From the NCBI GenBank assembly GCA_051362555.1, contig CM120645.1:372001-436000 (forward strand): a DNA stretch of 64,000 nucleotides, in the 5' to 3' direction. Made by a program: the position numbers and the translations under genes. Every line of letters begins with the position of its first letter. Positions within the stretch are counted from its first letter, which is position 1. This DNA is from Lingula anatina. Taxonomy: Eukaryota; Animalia; Brachiopoda. The notes under the pieces were generated by a model. The model was not told the DNA's origin, ran no database searches, and worked only from the letters and a program-made list of their open reading frames with translations. Shown in pieces: positions 43,101 to 55,481 of the stretch.

Positions 43101-46100
43101 GTAAGCATCAGCCTATTTGTATCAAATGACTTTAAACTAATGTCTATTCATTATATCTAAGCAATTAAAAATATTCTGAGTTTTTTCATCTCTTGGGAAC
43201 TTTTATAAGAGGATCCAGAAATTTGCTAATTAGGGGCTTTAGAGGAGCCATAAGGCTATTTCTTCAAAGATGAACATTTACATGGAGGGCACAAGGATGG
43301 AAAAATAATGGATTTCTGTCTCGTTTCACTTAATATACTTTAAGTGGGGAGGGGGGGGGGGAGAGAAAGAGGAGAAGGTACTGTATCTCTGAGGCTAAAC
43401 TGGGGGCGTGAGTCCCTCAGTGTCTGTTTGGAACATTCATGTTTTACCAAAAACTAGTCCGATACTTCATGTAACAATTCACTTGCCTTCAGTCAGGAGT
43501 TGCTTGAGAAATGACTGTTTGACAAAACTCCAGGTCAGCACCACCAAGTCTGTACTAATCCATGGCTGTGAATGACATATATTTATATAAACATTATACC
43601 ACCAAATCTGTACTAATCCATGGCTGTGAATGACATATATTTATATAAACATTATACCACCAAATCTGTACTAATCCATGGCTGTGAATGACATATATTT
43701 ATATAAACATTATACCACCAAATCTGTACTAATCCATGGCTGTGAATGACATATATTTATATAAACATTATACCACCAAGTCTGTACTAATCCATGGCTG
43801 TGAATGACATATATTTATATAAACATTATACCACCAAGTCTGTACTAATCCATGGCTGTGAATGACATATATTCATATAAACATTATACCACCAAATCTG
43901 TACTAATCCATGGCTGTGAATGAAATATGTTTACATAAACAATATACATTGCTTGTCCAATAAAGTAAAACATGCTCTACTGTTGAAGTTACAAGGAAAG
44001 TCCAAAGTTTCCAGTTAGCTTTCAACAATTATTAGAACAACTTACATGAGCAACCACAAATTTTTGACAATAATCCTGATGTATATAATTCAGAGATTTC
44101 CCACAATCTCAAGTCTTCTTTTAATAATTTAAATTTCATTTTACCTTTCCAGGTGCTTTTGTTGGTAAAAACTCTCTAACAGATTTCACTGGGAAACTGT
44201 CATCTTTCTTCTGCTGTGTGGAAACATACCAACTGAAGTAAGCATAATACGCAGTCACCCACAACACAGTGAACACTATCTGGAAACAAGATTATTATAA
44301 ACTACGATAAAAATGGAATCATAATAAAATCTCATACGCAAAATTATTTTTGAAATGGAAGTGACAGCATTTCAGCCTGTCACACGCACACTTGCAAAAT
44401 GTCCTTATTGTTCAATTTTTTTAAAATGTGTAGGACAGAGAGATGAGGGTACTAGCCAAAAACCACCCAATTTCTTAATTTGGAACTGCCTGTGAATATG
44501 CACAAACCCACACATGCACGCACACTCACAAACACACACTTGTATAGCCTCATATCCACACAACAGCACACATCAAACCCCACACAAATCCTACCTGTGC
44601 TACTGAAAAGGCAATTATCCCCCAGTCAGGAAAATACACCACCAGTAGAATATTGATCATACTCCTGGTAATAATACACACACTTTCTATCACTGCCTGG
44701 AATGTAATATATAGACACATGGTAAAATACACCACCAGTAGAATATTGATCATACTCCTGGTAATAATACACACACTTTCTATCACTGCCTGGAATGTAA
44801 TATACAGACACATGGTAAAATACATCACCAGTAGAATATTGATCATACTCCTGGTAATAATACACACACTTTCTATCACTGCCTGGAATGTAATATACAG
44901 ACACATGGTAAAATACATCACCAGTAGAATATTGATCATACTCCTGGTAATAATACACACACTTTCTATCACTGCCTGGAATGTAATATACAGACACATG
45001 GTAAAATACATCACCAGTAGAATATTGATCATACTCCTGGTAATAATACACACACTTTCTATCACTGCCTGGAATGTAATATACAGACACATGGTAAAAT
45101 ACATCACCAGTAGAATATTGATCATACTCCTGGTAATAATACACACACTTTCTATCACTGCCTGGAATGTAATATACAGACACATGGTAAAATACATCAC
45201 CAGTAGAATATTGATCATACTCCTGGTAATAATACACATACTTTCCACTACTGCCTGGAATGTAATATAGAGACACATGGTAAAATACACCACCAGTAGA
45301 ATATTGATCATACTCCTGGTAATTATACACATACTTTCTACCACTGCCTGGAATGTAATATAGATTCACATGATAATACTATATATTGACCATCATCTTC
45401 AAAACCCATCAAAATACAACTGAGCAAAAAAAAGGTTTGTCAATGAAAATTGTCACTCAAAAACTTTAAGCCATAATTTGCCTCATTTCCCTTGGCAATT
45501 TACAACAAAAGACAATGAAAAAATTACTATACTTTGTAGGATACAGATATGGAAAAATGCTTGGTTTTTGTCTCATTTCACTGTTTCTTAGGCAGGAGAA
45601 GAAGTACCTTGGAAGTCCTAGATCAGGCCATGTTTAATGTGTGATTAAAGGATCAATTCAACAACAAAGAGGACTGGTTGCCAGGATATTACCTTCAGTT
45701 TTACAAACAGGAAAGCATGGGCCGTAAGCCAGACAGGTTCTGACAATATCTCAATCACAGCACAGGAGGCATAGCTGTATACGCCAATGTGGTAGTTTGG
45801 CATCTGAATAGGATCAGGAACTTCCAACAGATAGAGCCACACGTAACTGAATACCATGGCAGTCAAAATTCCAATAGGGACTCTGAATTAAGAAAAAAGA
45901 CAGAAACATTTGTAATATCTGTAATAAAAGCAATGCAAAAAGTGTGTCCATACTGAATTCGGGGTAAAATATTTGGCCTGAAATGGTATACTTCGTACTG
46001 TCGTGTAATGCATCTTGACAACATACTCAAGGTTAGGGAAGAAGAGTTGGATTTGGTGTGGAATTTCTGGCTAGGATATGTTTCATATGCACAAGGTGAA

Positions 46101-47704
46101 TGTGTACCCCTGTATTTATCCACACACCACCACTTCTTACATACACCAGACTAAGTTGATGACCTGTCTCACTACTTACATACACCAGACTAAGTTGATG
46201 ACCTGTCCCACTACTTACATACACCAGACTAAGTTGATGACCTATCCCACTACTTACATACACCAGACTAAGTTGATGACCTGTCCCACTACTTACATAC
46301 ACCAGACTAAGTTGATGACCTATCCCACTACTTACATACACCAGACTAAGTTGATGACCTGTCCCACTACTTACATACACCAGACTAAGTTGATGACCTA
46401 TCCCACTACTTACATACAGTACACTTGACTAAGTTGATGACCTGTCCCACTACTTACATACACCAGTCTAAGTTGATGACCTGTCCCACTACTTACATAC
46501 ACCAGACTAAGTTGATGACCTGTCCCCAGTTTTGTTTACTGCTTTTACTGACACAAGCTCTTCTGAAGCCCTCCCTGGCCACTAGCAATATGGTACTGTG
46601 TAGTAAGATAAGTCTGAAACAAAAGATAAAAAGCTGTGAACAGGGAACTTTCATAGAATGTGGTACTGGTAATGGGGTTACTTGCAAAAATGAGGTAAGA
46701 GACTCAGCAAAGAATTACATCAGCTGCGTTATACGTTTTTTGTGCCACAGGAAGCACAGTTTTCAATGTTTTAAAATTCTTTTTGGACCTACCAGAAATT
46801 CATAAGCACTTAAAATAGTCATATGTTTCAAATGTTGTGAATATGACTTATAATGCAAATTTCTATAATTTTGTATACTTAAAGTAGAGTTATAAAGGGG
46901 CTGTGCATACAATGTCATGCAGATTGAGTGTATGAAGAGATTTAGCACTTAAAGCATTTTATGCACAAAGCAGTTATTTCTTTCTTCAGTCAACAGCTAG
47001 TCCTGAATTTGTTGCTGACCTCTCTCGTTGAAGCTATATTCTTGGTTTTTACCTGACATTAACAACCCCCAACATATGGCTGGTCACATAGTGCAGTAAA
47101 ACTCCATTCATCACAAAACTCAAGACTCGGAACATTAGCTGAAATAAAGAGAATTCCAAATAATTTAGAGTTAGTGACACATGTAAAGCTGCATTAAAAT
47201 GTCTTACTAGAATTTGACATTCCGGATCACATAACTTGGCCTAACAGTTTCAGAGAAACTTAATTCTATTTCAATACTAAATCCTGCAAAGTAGTTTGTT
47301 TTACGGATTTTTGACCTAGCTGGTTAATAAATCAACAAATGGACATCTTTTACAGGTATATAATCTATATCATACAGTAGATACAATATGCTTCAGCAAA
47401 TACAGTTCACGAAAAAGAAATTCAATGTAAATACGAATGCAACCGCAGGGATTATTGCTCTGAATGTACTAGTAGCACTGCATTATAAAGAATTTCCTTG
47501 ACTAAACACAATGTAAACAACACAGTTAAAAGTCTGTGTTAAAATCGCCTTTGCCTTCTGGCCTTTCAGATATCTGGATCTAAGAATCTACTGGGAAAAT
47601 TAGTAATAAATAGTGTCTCTACTTACATTGAGTAACATCCGATAAGAAGCAGAAGCTGCTGCACTTAACAGCACATTGGTATCATCTTCGACAGACCCCG
47701 ACAT
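39824..47704 (-). CDS. RFT1: RFT1, Man5GlcNAc2-PP-dolichol translocation protein, 546 aa, 13 exons: 47627-47704, 47053-47138, 46497-46613, 45693-45882, 44595-44696, 44145-44279, 43487-43565, 42889-43070, 42342-42486, 41685-41790, 40964-41092, 40470-40590, 39824-39994
   Basis: Exons sum to 1641 nt in one open frame; motifs GVVNVRL.LLHST...[63 protein letters not shown]. Confidence 0.96.
40046..40135. repeat. (AC)n/(AG)n microsatellite in the last RFT1 intron
   Basis: Seen directly. Confidence 0.95.
41904..42112. mobile_element. Intronic MITE
   Basis: TIRs CCCCTATACACTGGACGGCGTC / GACGCCGTCCATTGTAAAGGGG. Confidence 0.7.
43541..43945 (-). repeat. 58-bp x7 tandem repeat spanning the RFT1 exon 7 acceptor
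   Basis: Each unit contains ...TCATTCACAG|CCATGGATTAGTACAGA(C/T)TTGGTGG. Confidence 0.95.
44631..45362 (-). repeat. 93-bp x8 tandem repeat spanning the RFT1 exon 5 acceptor
   Basis: Acceptor ACATTCCAG|GCAGT recurs, with exon starts at 44696, 44789, 44882, 44975, 45068, 45161, 45254 and 45347. Confidence 0.95.
46131..46527 (-). repeat. 39-bp x10 tandem repeat spanning the RFT1 exon 3 donor
   Basis: Unit GGGACAGGTCATCAACTTAGTCTGGTGTAT|GTAAGTAGT. Confidence 0.95.
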
Positions 47705-48244
47705 TTTGTCCTCTGGGTAATGTGAGTGTTATTAACGAAATATTACTGTGTCGATTTCCTATCTCCAAGCAAGTACAACATACAGGTGCTGCAGAGATGT
47801 TGTTTTATGTAGACCAGCTACAACAAATCTATACATGCAGTATGTATTGTTAACAGTAGTATGTCAGATTGAAATATACACACTGAACATTCCATATAGT
47901 ACTTGCATCTCATTCATTTTCTGGATGAAAACTATGTACGATTGCCACGCTCCAGTTTCGTGGGCGCTGCCATGTTTGTTATGATCACGTGACATACTAG
48001 TCAGATGGTATCGATTTTTTAAATATTTGCTAATTATATTCAGTCTGAACGGATGCTTTTATTTAATTTTCTTCGATAGGCTTAGGGCTGTGATCCTTTT
48101 TTTTCAATTCAAGCAAAGGGCAAACAAAATTCAAATTCGAAAATAAAACTGAGAAGTCTCACAACTTCATTTCGCGAGAGAGGATACAATTTTCCGAACT
48201 CCCGCCTTTTCTTAAAAGACTGAACTTCATTGATCAACTTTAGA
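47705..48244. promoter_or_regulatory. Probable bidirectional promoter for RFT1 and NSE3
   Basis: Divergent ATGs ~540 bp apart; E-box TCACGTGAC (~47985), YY1-like GCCATGTT (~47968), TTCGCGAGA (~48171). Confidence 0.6.
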
Positions 48245-48545
48245 ATGCCGAAAGCTAAGAAGAAAACCCAACGATCACAGCGTTCCTCACAGGCAGAGTC
48301 TTCGGTAAAATCCCCTCACTTTATGCTATGGTAACCGTGTTTATTTCAACGAGAATGACCGCGAAAACTGCAAATTGTAATCAGCGATTGCGATCACGAC
48401 AAGCCTTGTACATGTATACTAGTGAAACTGCTACTGTTTTCGTAATGTAATTGTATATATTATAGTGTAGTTATCAATTCTCAAATGTGCGAGATCGGGT
48501 CCTATTTAGCTTAGAAACGTAACACCCTGCAAAATACTTTATAAT

Positions 48546-48606
<61 letters not shown>

Positions 48607-51600
48607 ATGCTCATGTCTCATGCTATAGGATGAAGAAGTGGAGGCGACCCAATCCCTGACACAAGCACAGAGAGCGGTGTCCAACTTCTCCCAGGCAGAT
48701 ATACAGAAGAAGGTATTAATACTTGTTAATTAAAAAAATTCAGTGCCTCCGTTTTAATGATAATTGATTGGATACACGCTGAAGTTTAGTACCAACTATC
48801 ATAGTTTTTTCAAAGCTGTCTAACTTTGTATGCAATTAAGGGCCAAGTTACAATGAGTTTTGTCAACCTAGCTAATGTGCACCAACTCTGCAGAGACTCT
48901 CGCTGAATGCAATCATATTAACAGTCTCATCTCCTTTTTTGTTTTATTGCAAAACTTCAAAAATTAGTTTCTTAAAGAAATCATTCAATCTCTCACACAC
49001 CTCTTCTTGTTTTCAACTAAAACTACTTTACTATAGGACATATGTTAATGTATTATTTAACCACAATTTAATGTAACTATTATCTTTCTCTCCTGTAAGG
49101 TAACAGAGCTGGTGCAGTATATTTTGATTGCAGACCAGAAGAAAATTCCAATCAAAAAGAAAGGTGTGTGCTGCTTCTTTAACAAGTGTTTTCTGGGAAC
49201 AAATGCCTTTATGTCTTGTCTTTTCTTGAATAGCGACCTCTATTGTCTTTGTTTGTGGTGAATTGTTTGCTCCTCTTCTGCCAAGGTTTATGAAAACTTC
49301 ATTATTTTGCTTTAAAATGTCACAAATGATGACCAAATTTGAATGTTTCCAATACTCAGTGCACTTTTCTATTTTTACAATATTTTTTCACTTGCTTACA
49401 AAGACTTTCTGACAGACACCATCCATTTTTCAGTTTAATCTTTTCAGACGTTAAGAACAGAACATTTATTTGGGGAATTCAAATTATCGCTGTTCTTAAT
49501 TTTTAGTAATTCGGATTAAGGTCTGAATGGTATATTGTAAAGTTTCTGTAGCAGAACAAAAATCACACTGACATGACTAGATTACTGTCAATAATTGTAC
49601 CATTATCAGCAACACAAGCCTTCCACCATTTTATATCTTGTAGAAATCAACAGACATGTCCTGAAGGAAATGAGCAAGAGTTTCCCAATACTGATCAAGA
49701 AGGCAGAAGAACAGCTGCAATATGTAAGTGGATTCAGTCCACCAGGCCAATTTTTAGACTGTGTTCCTATAAACCCATTGTACTAGCTGGATCGATCTAA
49801 CTCTGCAGGGCTTCTTGCTAAAGTGCTTTTAGTGTAATCAGCTTAATTGTCTGGCATGTTCCCTTGAGTAACTAGAGGGTAATTGACTTTCGTTTATTAC
49901 CCCTTATCAGCTTGAGTAGGCGTGCCAGACATTTAAGCCGCTTACACTGAATGCAATTCAGCGAAAATCCCTGCAGTTTTAAATCTATCCACTTGTACAT
50001 GGGAATGCCCCCTTAGTCTTATGCCAAATGCCAGTAACATTTAGTAAATATTCAGTTCTTTGGGTCTATTTCCGTAGCCCATGAGAACATTCCCCCCTCA
50101 TCCTTCATAACATTTGGTTTCCTGGACCTATTAACCAACCAATTAAATCACCTCAACAGTATTGATGATTTTTGTAACAAATCAAATTAATTGATGAATA
50201 GTTCATCACATCTATCTAGTAAACATATCTTACCTGTCTAAGGTGTAAAGCTATTGTATTATTCCAGGTGTTTGGATTTAAACTGCAGACAGAAACAACA
50301 GGAAAACAGACCAGTTACATGCTGGTCAATGCCATAGATCTTAATGAAGATGAACCACATCTGAAATGGTAATGTTTTTATTTCCAGTGAAAGTTAAGTG
50401 TTTAGCTCTTTTGATAAAGATAGACAAGGACATAGACACCAGTAAAACATTACATTTTGGTCTGAACAGGAACATATTATATCCTGATCTGTCCAGTACT
50501 ATATGTCATAATGTGAGTGAAAATGGAGTCAAATAGAATACTACAGAGAGTCCCTTTCATCTTTACTTGTATTATGTTCGATTAATTTTTAGTTAATTTT
50601 TTTAATCTGTAAGGTTAATAGATTTCATTTCTTTCTCTCTCTTTTAGGTCCCCAGAAGAAAATGCTAAGACTGGTCTTCTGATGATTATCCTCAGTCTTA
50701 TCTTTATGGAGGGGAATGTAGTCCCAGACAGTAAGTTTTATTTGTAATGAGAGAATGGCTGCATTTACAACAAAAGTTGATTCGCTGACTAACAGAGCTG
50801 TGGATCAAATATGGCAGACCCACTTGAGTGCTTGTGGCCGAATACCCAAGGGGAATCTATCCAAAGTCTATTAGGGGATTATGCAACAAGCTTTCAAGTT
50901 GGTCGCCCATATTTGATCCCTGGCTCTGTTAGTTTGAAGATCAACTTGGTCTGAGTGCACCCAATAATATCCTAACATGCTTAATTAAAAGTCAGTAATT
51001 TTTTTCATGAATACAGTAAATAAATCAAGTTTTTATTGTTGTGATTCAAGTATTAATCTTTTCAATTTCTACCAAAAAATACAGCTATACCTGACAGAGC
51101 TTTCGATCACATCCGTGATCTTCTTCAGTGTGATGTCATATGGGACGATCACTGCTCACCAGTGCTTTGGTGATTGTTTTTATTGTATGTAGCATTTAAT
51201 GTTTTATTCTCTTTATTTTAGCAAAGCTGTGGCATACACTGAAAAGACTTGGAGTGGACTCAGAGTATGTTTTCTCTAAATTTTCCTATATTTACCACCC
51301 AGCAATTATTGAGACTGTCAAGAAGCTATATTTTATCAGTTCTGTCATTGCCAATATGTTGAAGGCGATATGCGTTTCCTATTTCAAGATAAAATAGGCA
51401 TTTTTTGGTATCAAAGTAATAAATAACTTATATTGAAAACGCATCTCTAAAGATCAACTATGATAGGTAAAAAGCTATCAAAGTGAAACGTTAAGCTTTT
51501 TATGAAACAAAAACATAGTTTTGATAGATTTATAGAGTCCTTAAATATAAATCTAGTATTTTGACTTACATATCAAGTTCTTAAGTGCATCGAGAACTTT

Positions 51601-52470
51601 GTTGATTGACCTTCCCATGCCTTCCCAGGAAGAATCACGAGGTGTTTGGTGACGTCAAGAAGTTGGTGACGCAAGAGTTCGTACGTCAGGCATACCTGGA
51701 GTATGTACGTCAACCAAATACAGACCCACCGTCCTTTGAATTCCGGTGGGGTTCTCGTGCACTGGCTGAGACCACCAAGAGAAATGTGCTGGAGTTTGTT
51801 TGCCAGGTAAGGTTCGGTTGTGATTGATTGCTTGGTTGACTGATAGGTAACAATGGTTGTATCGTTTATTGGTAATTTGATTGATTGTATTTGGTTAGCT
51901 TGTTAGAATTTTATAAATTGAGAAAAATGAGTTTGCAGATTTCATTGAAAATCAATTGGTTCATTTTACCAAGAAATAACAACGATATGAATAAAAATTA
52001 TAGAAATTATATAAATATCTAGTAAAGATAAATAAATAAGAAAATAACTGTATTATTTTTTTCTTTTTATTTATGGTCAAATAAATATTGCTTATAATTT
52101 GACAGATGCTTTATATGCTATGGAGATAAGCTGATCTGGTAAACACAGTTGTAAACAAAATAACAATTATTTTTACTTTTTCTTTCAGTTACAATATCCA
52201 AACAAAAGAGATTTGCTTCAATTCTGAGAGTATCTTAACACAAAAATATAAATTAAATTTGCGAGTTCGTCTTTTTAGAATCAGTTTCTATTATTTTTTT
52301 AAATTTTATTTTATTTCCAGATTTACGGCAGGGAAGTAGATGATGTAGACAGTCCGGAGTATGGCAACTGTGTACCTATGGAACTGACCAAGTGGACCTC
52401 ACAGTACCAAGATGTCGTCAGATCTGAAATGGAAGGTCCAAATGTCAGCCATAACGAAGACTCCAGTTGA
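48245..52470 (+). CDS. NSMCE3: MAGE-domain protein, NSE3/MAGE-G1 (SMC5/6 subunit) homolog, 280 aa, 9 exons: 48245-48304, 48629-48712, 49100-49163, 49644-49723, 50268-50368, 50648-50730, 51222-51264, 51629-51806, 52321-52470
   Basis: Exons sum to 843 nt in frame; motifs ELVQYILIADQKKIPIK, VFGFKL, KTGLLMIILSLIFMEGN, HEVFGDVKKLVTQEFVRQAYLEY, FRWGSRA..ETTK. Confidence 0.92.
49772..50012. mobile_element. Foldback MITE related to family A (inverted orientation)
   Basis: Inverted arms; the reverse complement contains GCTTAAATGTCTGGCACGCCTACTCAAGCTGATAAGGGGTAATAA, similar to the family A core. Confidence 0.6.
50760..50959. mobile_element. Intronic foldback MITE
   Basis: AAGTTGAT..CTAACAGAGC..GGATCAAATATGG pairs with CCATATTTGATCC..GCTCTGTTAG..ATCAACTT. 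Confidence 0.7.
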
Positions 52471-53736
52471 GAGAGAAACGAGTTGCTGGACTGATGGACC
52501 AAAACTAGCTTTTAGTCAAAAAGAAGTTCTGTAGATACAGCGTATAACCAAATAACAGTCATTTAGATTCCGGGGTGGAGAAAATTAAACAGTAAAGAAG
52601 AAAAATTACAAGATAATGGTGTCCTATTTTAGCCTGTGTCATCTACGATAGAGTCCCATTTGTAATACATCATTCCCATTCCCATTGATTTCTTTACCAA
52701 AGTCCCGTCCTAGATTGTGAACCATTTACGTCACGCTAACCCTGAACTGTATGAATCTAATGACGGTTGGCGTCTGTTACCAATTTCCGTCACACCAGCA
52801 GAACAATCTTTTAACACAATTCAAATTTTAAGTGAAGTAAACTTTTTGATACTGCATCACTGGTATATTGGTTATTTTTCATTTCCCTAGCAATCTCTTG
52901 TTACACTTCAAGACCTAAAGACTGGCGTCCATTGCCTGTGGGTCTTGTGGAAGGAATTCTGTTGGAAACGTCAGAGAGGAACCGGTAGTATACCGCCAAA
53001 GCGAACGATAAACTACGCTTCTGCTTGGTGTAAGTGTGCTCTCAAAGTATTAGTCGCATTATGTTGCTCATTGTAACTTTTTTTATTGCACTAGATCAAT
53101 AAACGCTCCTTTTGATCTTTTTTGTGTTTGTTCGCAGTTTGCTGCATCGTTTTCGCATGGATGTCACTAGTTTCACTTTCACTTTTTAAAGGCTCTCTCG
53201 CCGAGGTACACATGGCATGATATTCTCATGTTGCGGCATGTGAGAGCTCGGAATTTGGTTGTAATTATTCGATTTTCACTTCTTCAGATTAGTGAGAAAA
53301 TGAGTAAGTTAGTGTGATGACCGCTACATTTACAATCCTTCCGTTCCCTACTAACCGTGGTATACCCGGTAGCTACACAGACGAGTCGTGACAGAAATTG
53401 TAGTTCTAGGAATGATAGTCCCATATGATTAGTGCAGGCTAGACTTAGTCGGAGTATTGGGAAGAATACCACCTGACCAAAATAATAGGGGACGGACTAC
53501 GGTTCGTAGCGGACTACCGTTCCTATCACACCGCCAGTTGCATCACAGGGAAGAGAACGGTACATTTTGAAAACATTGCACCGACGTAATGGATACATTT
53601 ATTATTCCTAGATGAGGTACTTATCTATTTGTTCTAAAGCCTCCTCCAAAATGCTTACAATAAAACGTTACGTAATTTTTTACAATGACTACGTTATAAA
53701 TGATATCGTGACGTTTATTTTTGCGTCATGCCGACA

Positions 53737-53765
53737 TTATGACGTCATAACGTTACCATGGTGCT
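53737..53765 (+). promoter_or_regulatory. Palindromic CRE next to an imperfect RFX X-box, upstream of the ANKRD61-like gene
   Basis: Perfect palindrome TTATGACGTCATAA followed by GTTACCATGGTGCT, 60-90 bp before the ATG. Confidence 0.5.
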
Positions 53766-53826
53766 GGGCGACGGTTTGATACAGTGGTGAATAGAAGAAC
53801 AGACAGGGCTTCATTCTTAACTTAAC

Positions 53827-55481
53827 ATGTTTCTTATACGCCACACAAACAATGGAAACCAACAGGTAGGACCGCAGTTCCCTCCATATCTTCCTGCGAC
53901 AAGATTGCAGCGACAAGAAAACAACAGCAGCTTTGGTTCTCAAATTTCTTCATGGTGGCGATCGCTACTATCCAGAAGAAGGGCGCGGGTGACAGGAACA
54001 GTGTTTTATTCCTACGAGCCTTTTATGGCCAATTATCAGCGTTCAAGAGGTAAACATTTACCCATGAGAGTAAAAGTATACGATGCCATAATAAGAAACG
54101 ACCTTGGTCTCCTTAGAGAATTGCTACAAGACGAGGATTATGATCCCAACAAACTGACCAGTTTCTTGCCCGATGATACAGAGGACTCCTTGCTTCCAGT
54201 CATGCAGACCCTGCCACTGCACGTGGCCTGTATTTACCGCCGGCCTGACGCCATGAAAATGCTTCTAGAGCATGGAGCAAAGGTAGGATGCAGCCGTATA
54301 TTTTCTTTAAATCTTTATAGGCAAGGTATGCTCAGTTACCCTACCTGTCGTTTGGGGCTGTTCTATCATTTCATCATTTTATAAATGTAAAAAAATAAAA
54401 GGTAATGTTAAGAGCAGTTAATTGAAATGAATTGTTTTTGTAATTGATGAAGGTGGACACAGTGGACTGGGCTGGACGAACAGCCCTAGAGATAGTCATC
54501 GTCTACTGGCCGCGCGTTCCGTGCGATGAGGAAGTGGACCCAAAGTCCAGCGACGACCAGTTCCAAACATATCTCCGAGAGCAACACATGCTGAGTATCA
54601 ACTGCCTGAGGCTCCTGATGCAATACGGGGCTGACGTACAAGCTAAAGTATCTAGGGCTATTCTGAACAGACATGGACAGAGCTTTCTCCACTGCACGGC
54701 TCAAAACACCTTGCCCCTGGCGGCGGAATGGCTCATCCGATATGGAGCTGACATCGAGGCCAGGGACGCTGAAGGTCGCACCCCCTTAATCACTGCTGCC
54801 AAACTCCCCTGTCTGAAGGTGGCAGAACTCCTGATGAGTCTTGGAGCAGATCCCAGTGCGCAGGATAACCATGGCCACGCCCCTCTGCATTATCTTGTCT
54901 ACAGGGGCCGGGATCATCTGATCCGCCTCGCCCTGGAGCTGGGCGCCGATCCAAACGCGACAAATGATGACCAGTTAACCCCATTGCACGTGGCGGCAGA
55001 AATTGGAAATTCACAGGCAGTAAGGGTGCTATTACTGTACGGCGCCAACCCAGATATACGAGACAAAAAAGGACGGACCGCCATCTTCTGTATCCTTGAT
55101 GACGTGGTAAACGCAACTGACGGCGCCAGGCTGGGAATCAGTCTTCTACTTAAAGAAACTCTTTATATGAAAGTCGTAGACAAAAATGGAAACTTGGCCA
55201 AACTTTTGAACAACCGACGCCTCGTCCATCTTCGAGACTCTTTAATTCAGTACACACGCGAACCCCCAACGTTGCTCAAAATATGTAGAATGAAGATAAG
55301 GCGGAGTATAGGCCTCAGGAATATTAGCGCCACCAATGTTGCTATGCTGCCATTGCCGACAGCATTTAAAAGATATATTTTCTCTCCTTGGTGTGCATAC
55401 TGCAGGAGGTGTGAGTGTTATCGACCAAACCACCCAAAAACTAAAGCAAGGGAACTACATTTAAGAATACCGGCTCCTTAA
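53827..55481 (+). CDS. ANKRD61: ANKRD61-like ankyrin repeat protein with C-terminal SOCS box, ~494 aa; exons 53827-54282 and 54453-55481
   Basis: Phase-0 intron GTAGGA..GAAG; ankyrin motifs (GRTPLITAA, TPLHVAAE.GN); SOCS box PPTLLKICRMKIRR..LPLP..FKRYI; VYDAII, IVYWP, CLRLL and LRDSLI match my recollection of vertebrate ANKRD61. Confidence 0.82.

Noticed and set aside
44626-45369. 247-aa Tyr-rich and 205-aa antisense ORFs as separate genes
   Set aside because: Alternative frames of the 93-bp repeat; only the RFT1 frame has homology support
43541-46527. Regular 39-93 bp repeats as a CRISPR array
   Set aside because: Head-to-tail units with no unique spacers, no cas genes, and a eukaryotic intron context
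46033-46805. 115-126 aa repetitive ORFs
   Set aside because: Products of the 39-bp donor repeat and the antisense of RFT1 exon 3
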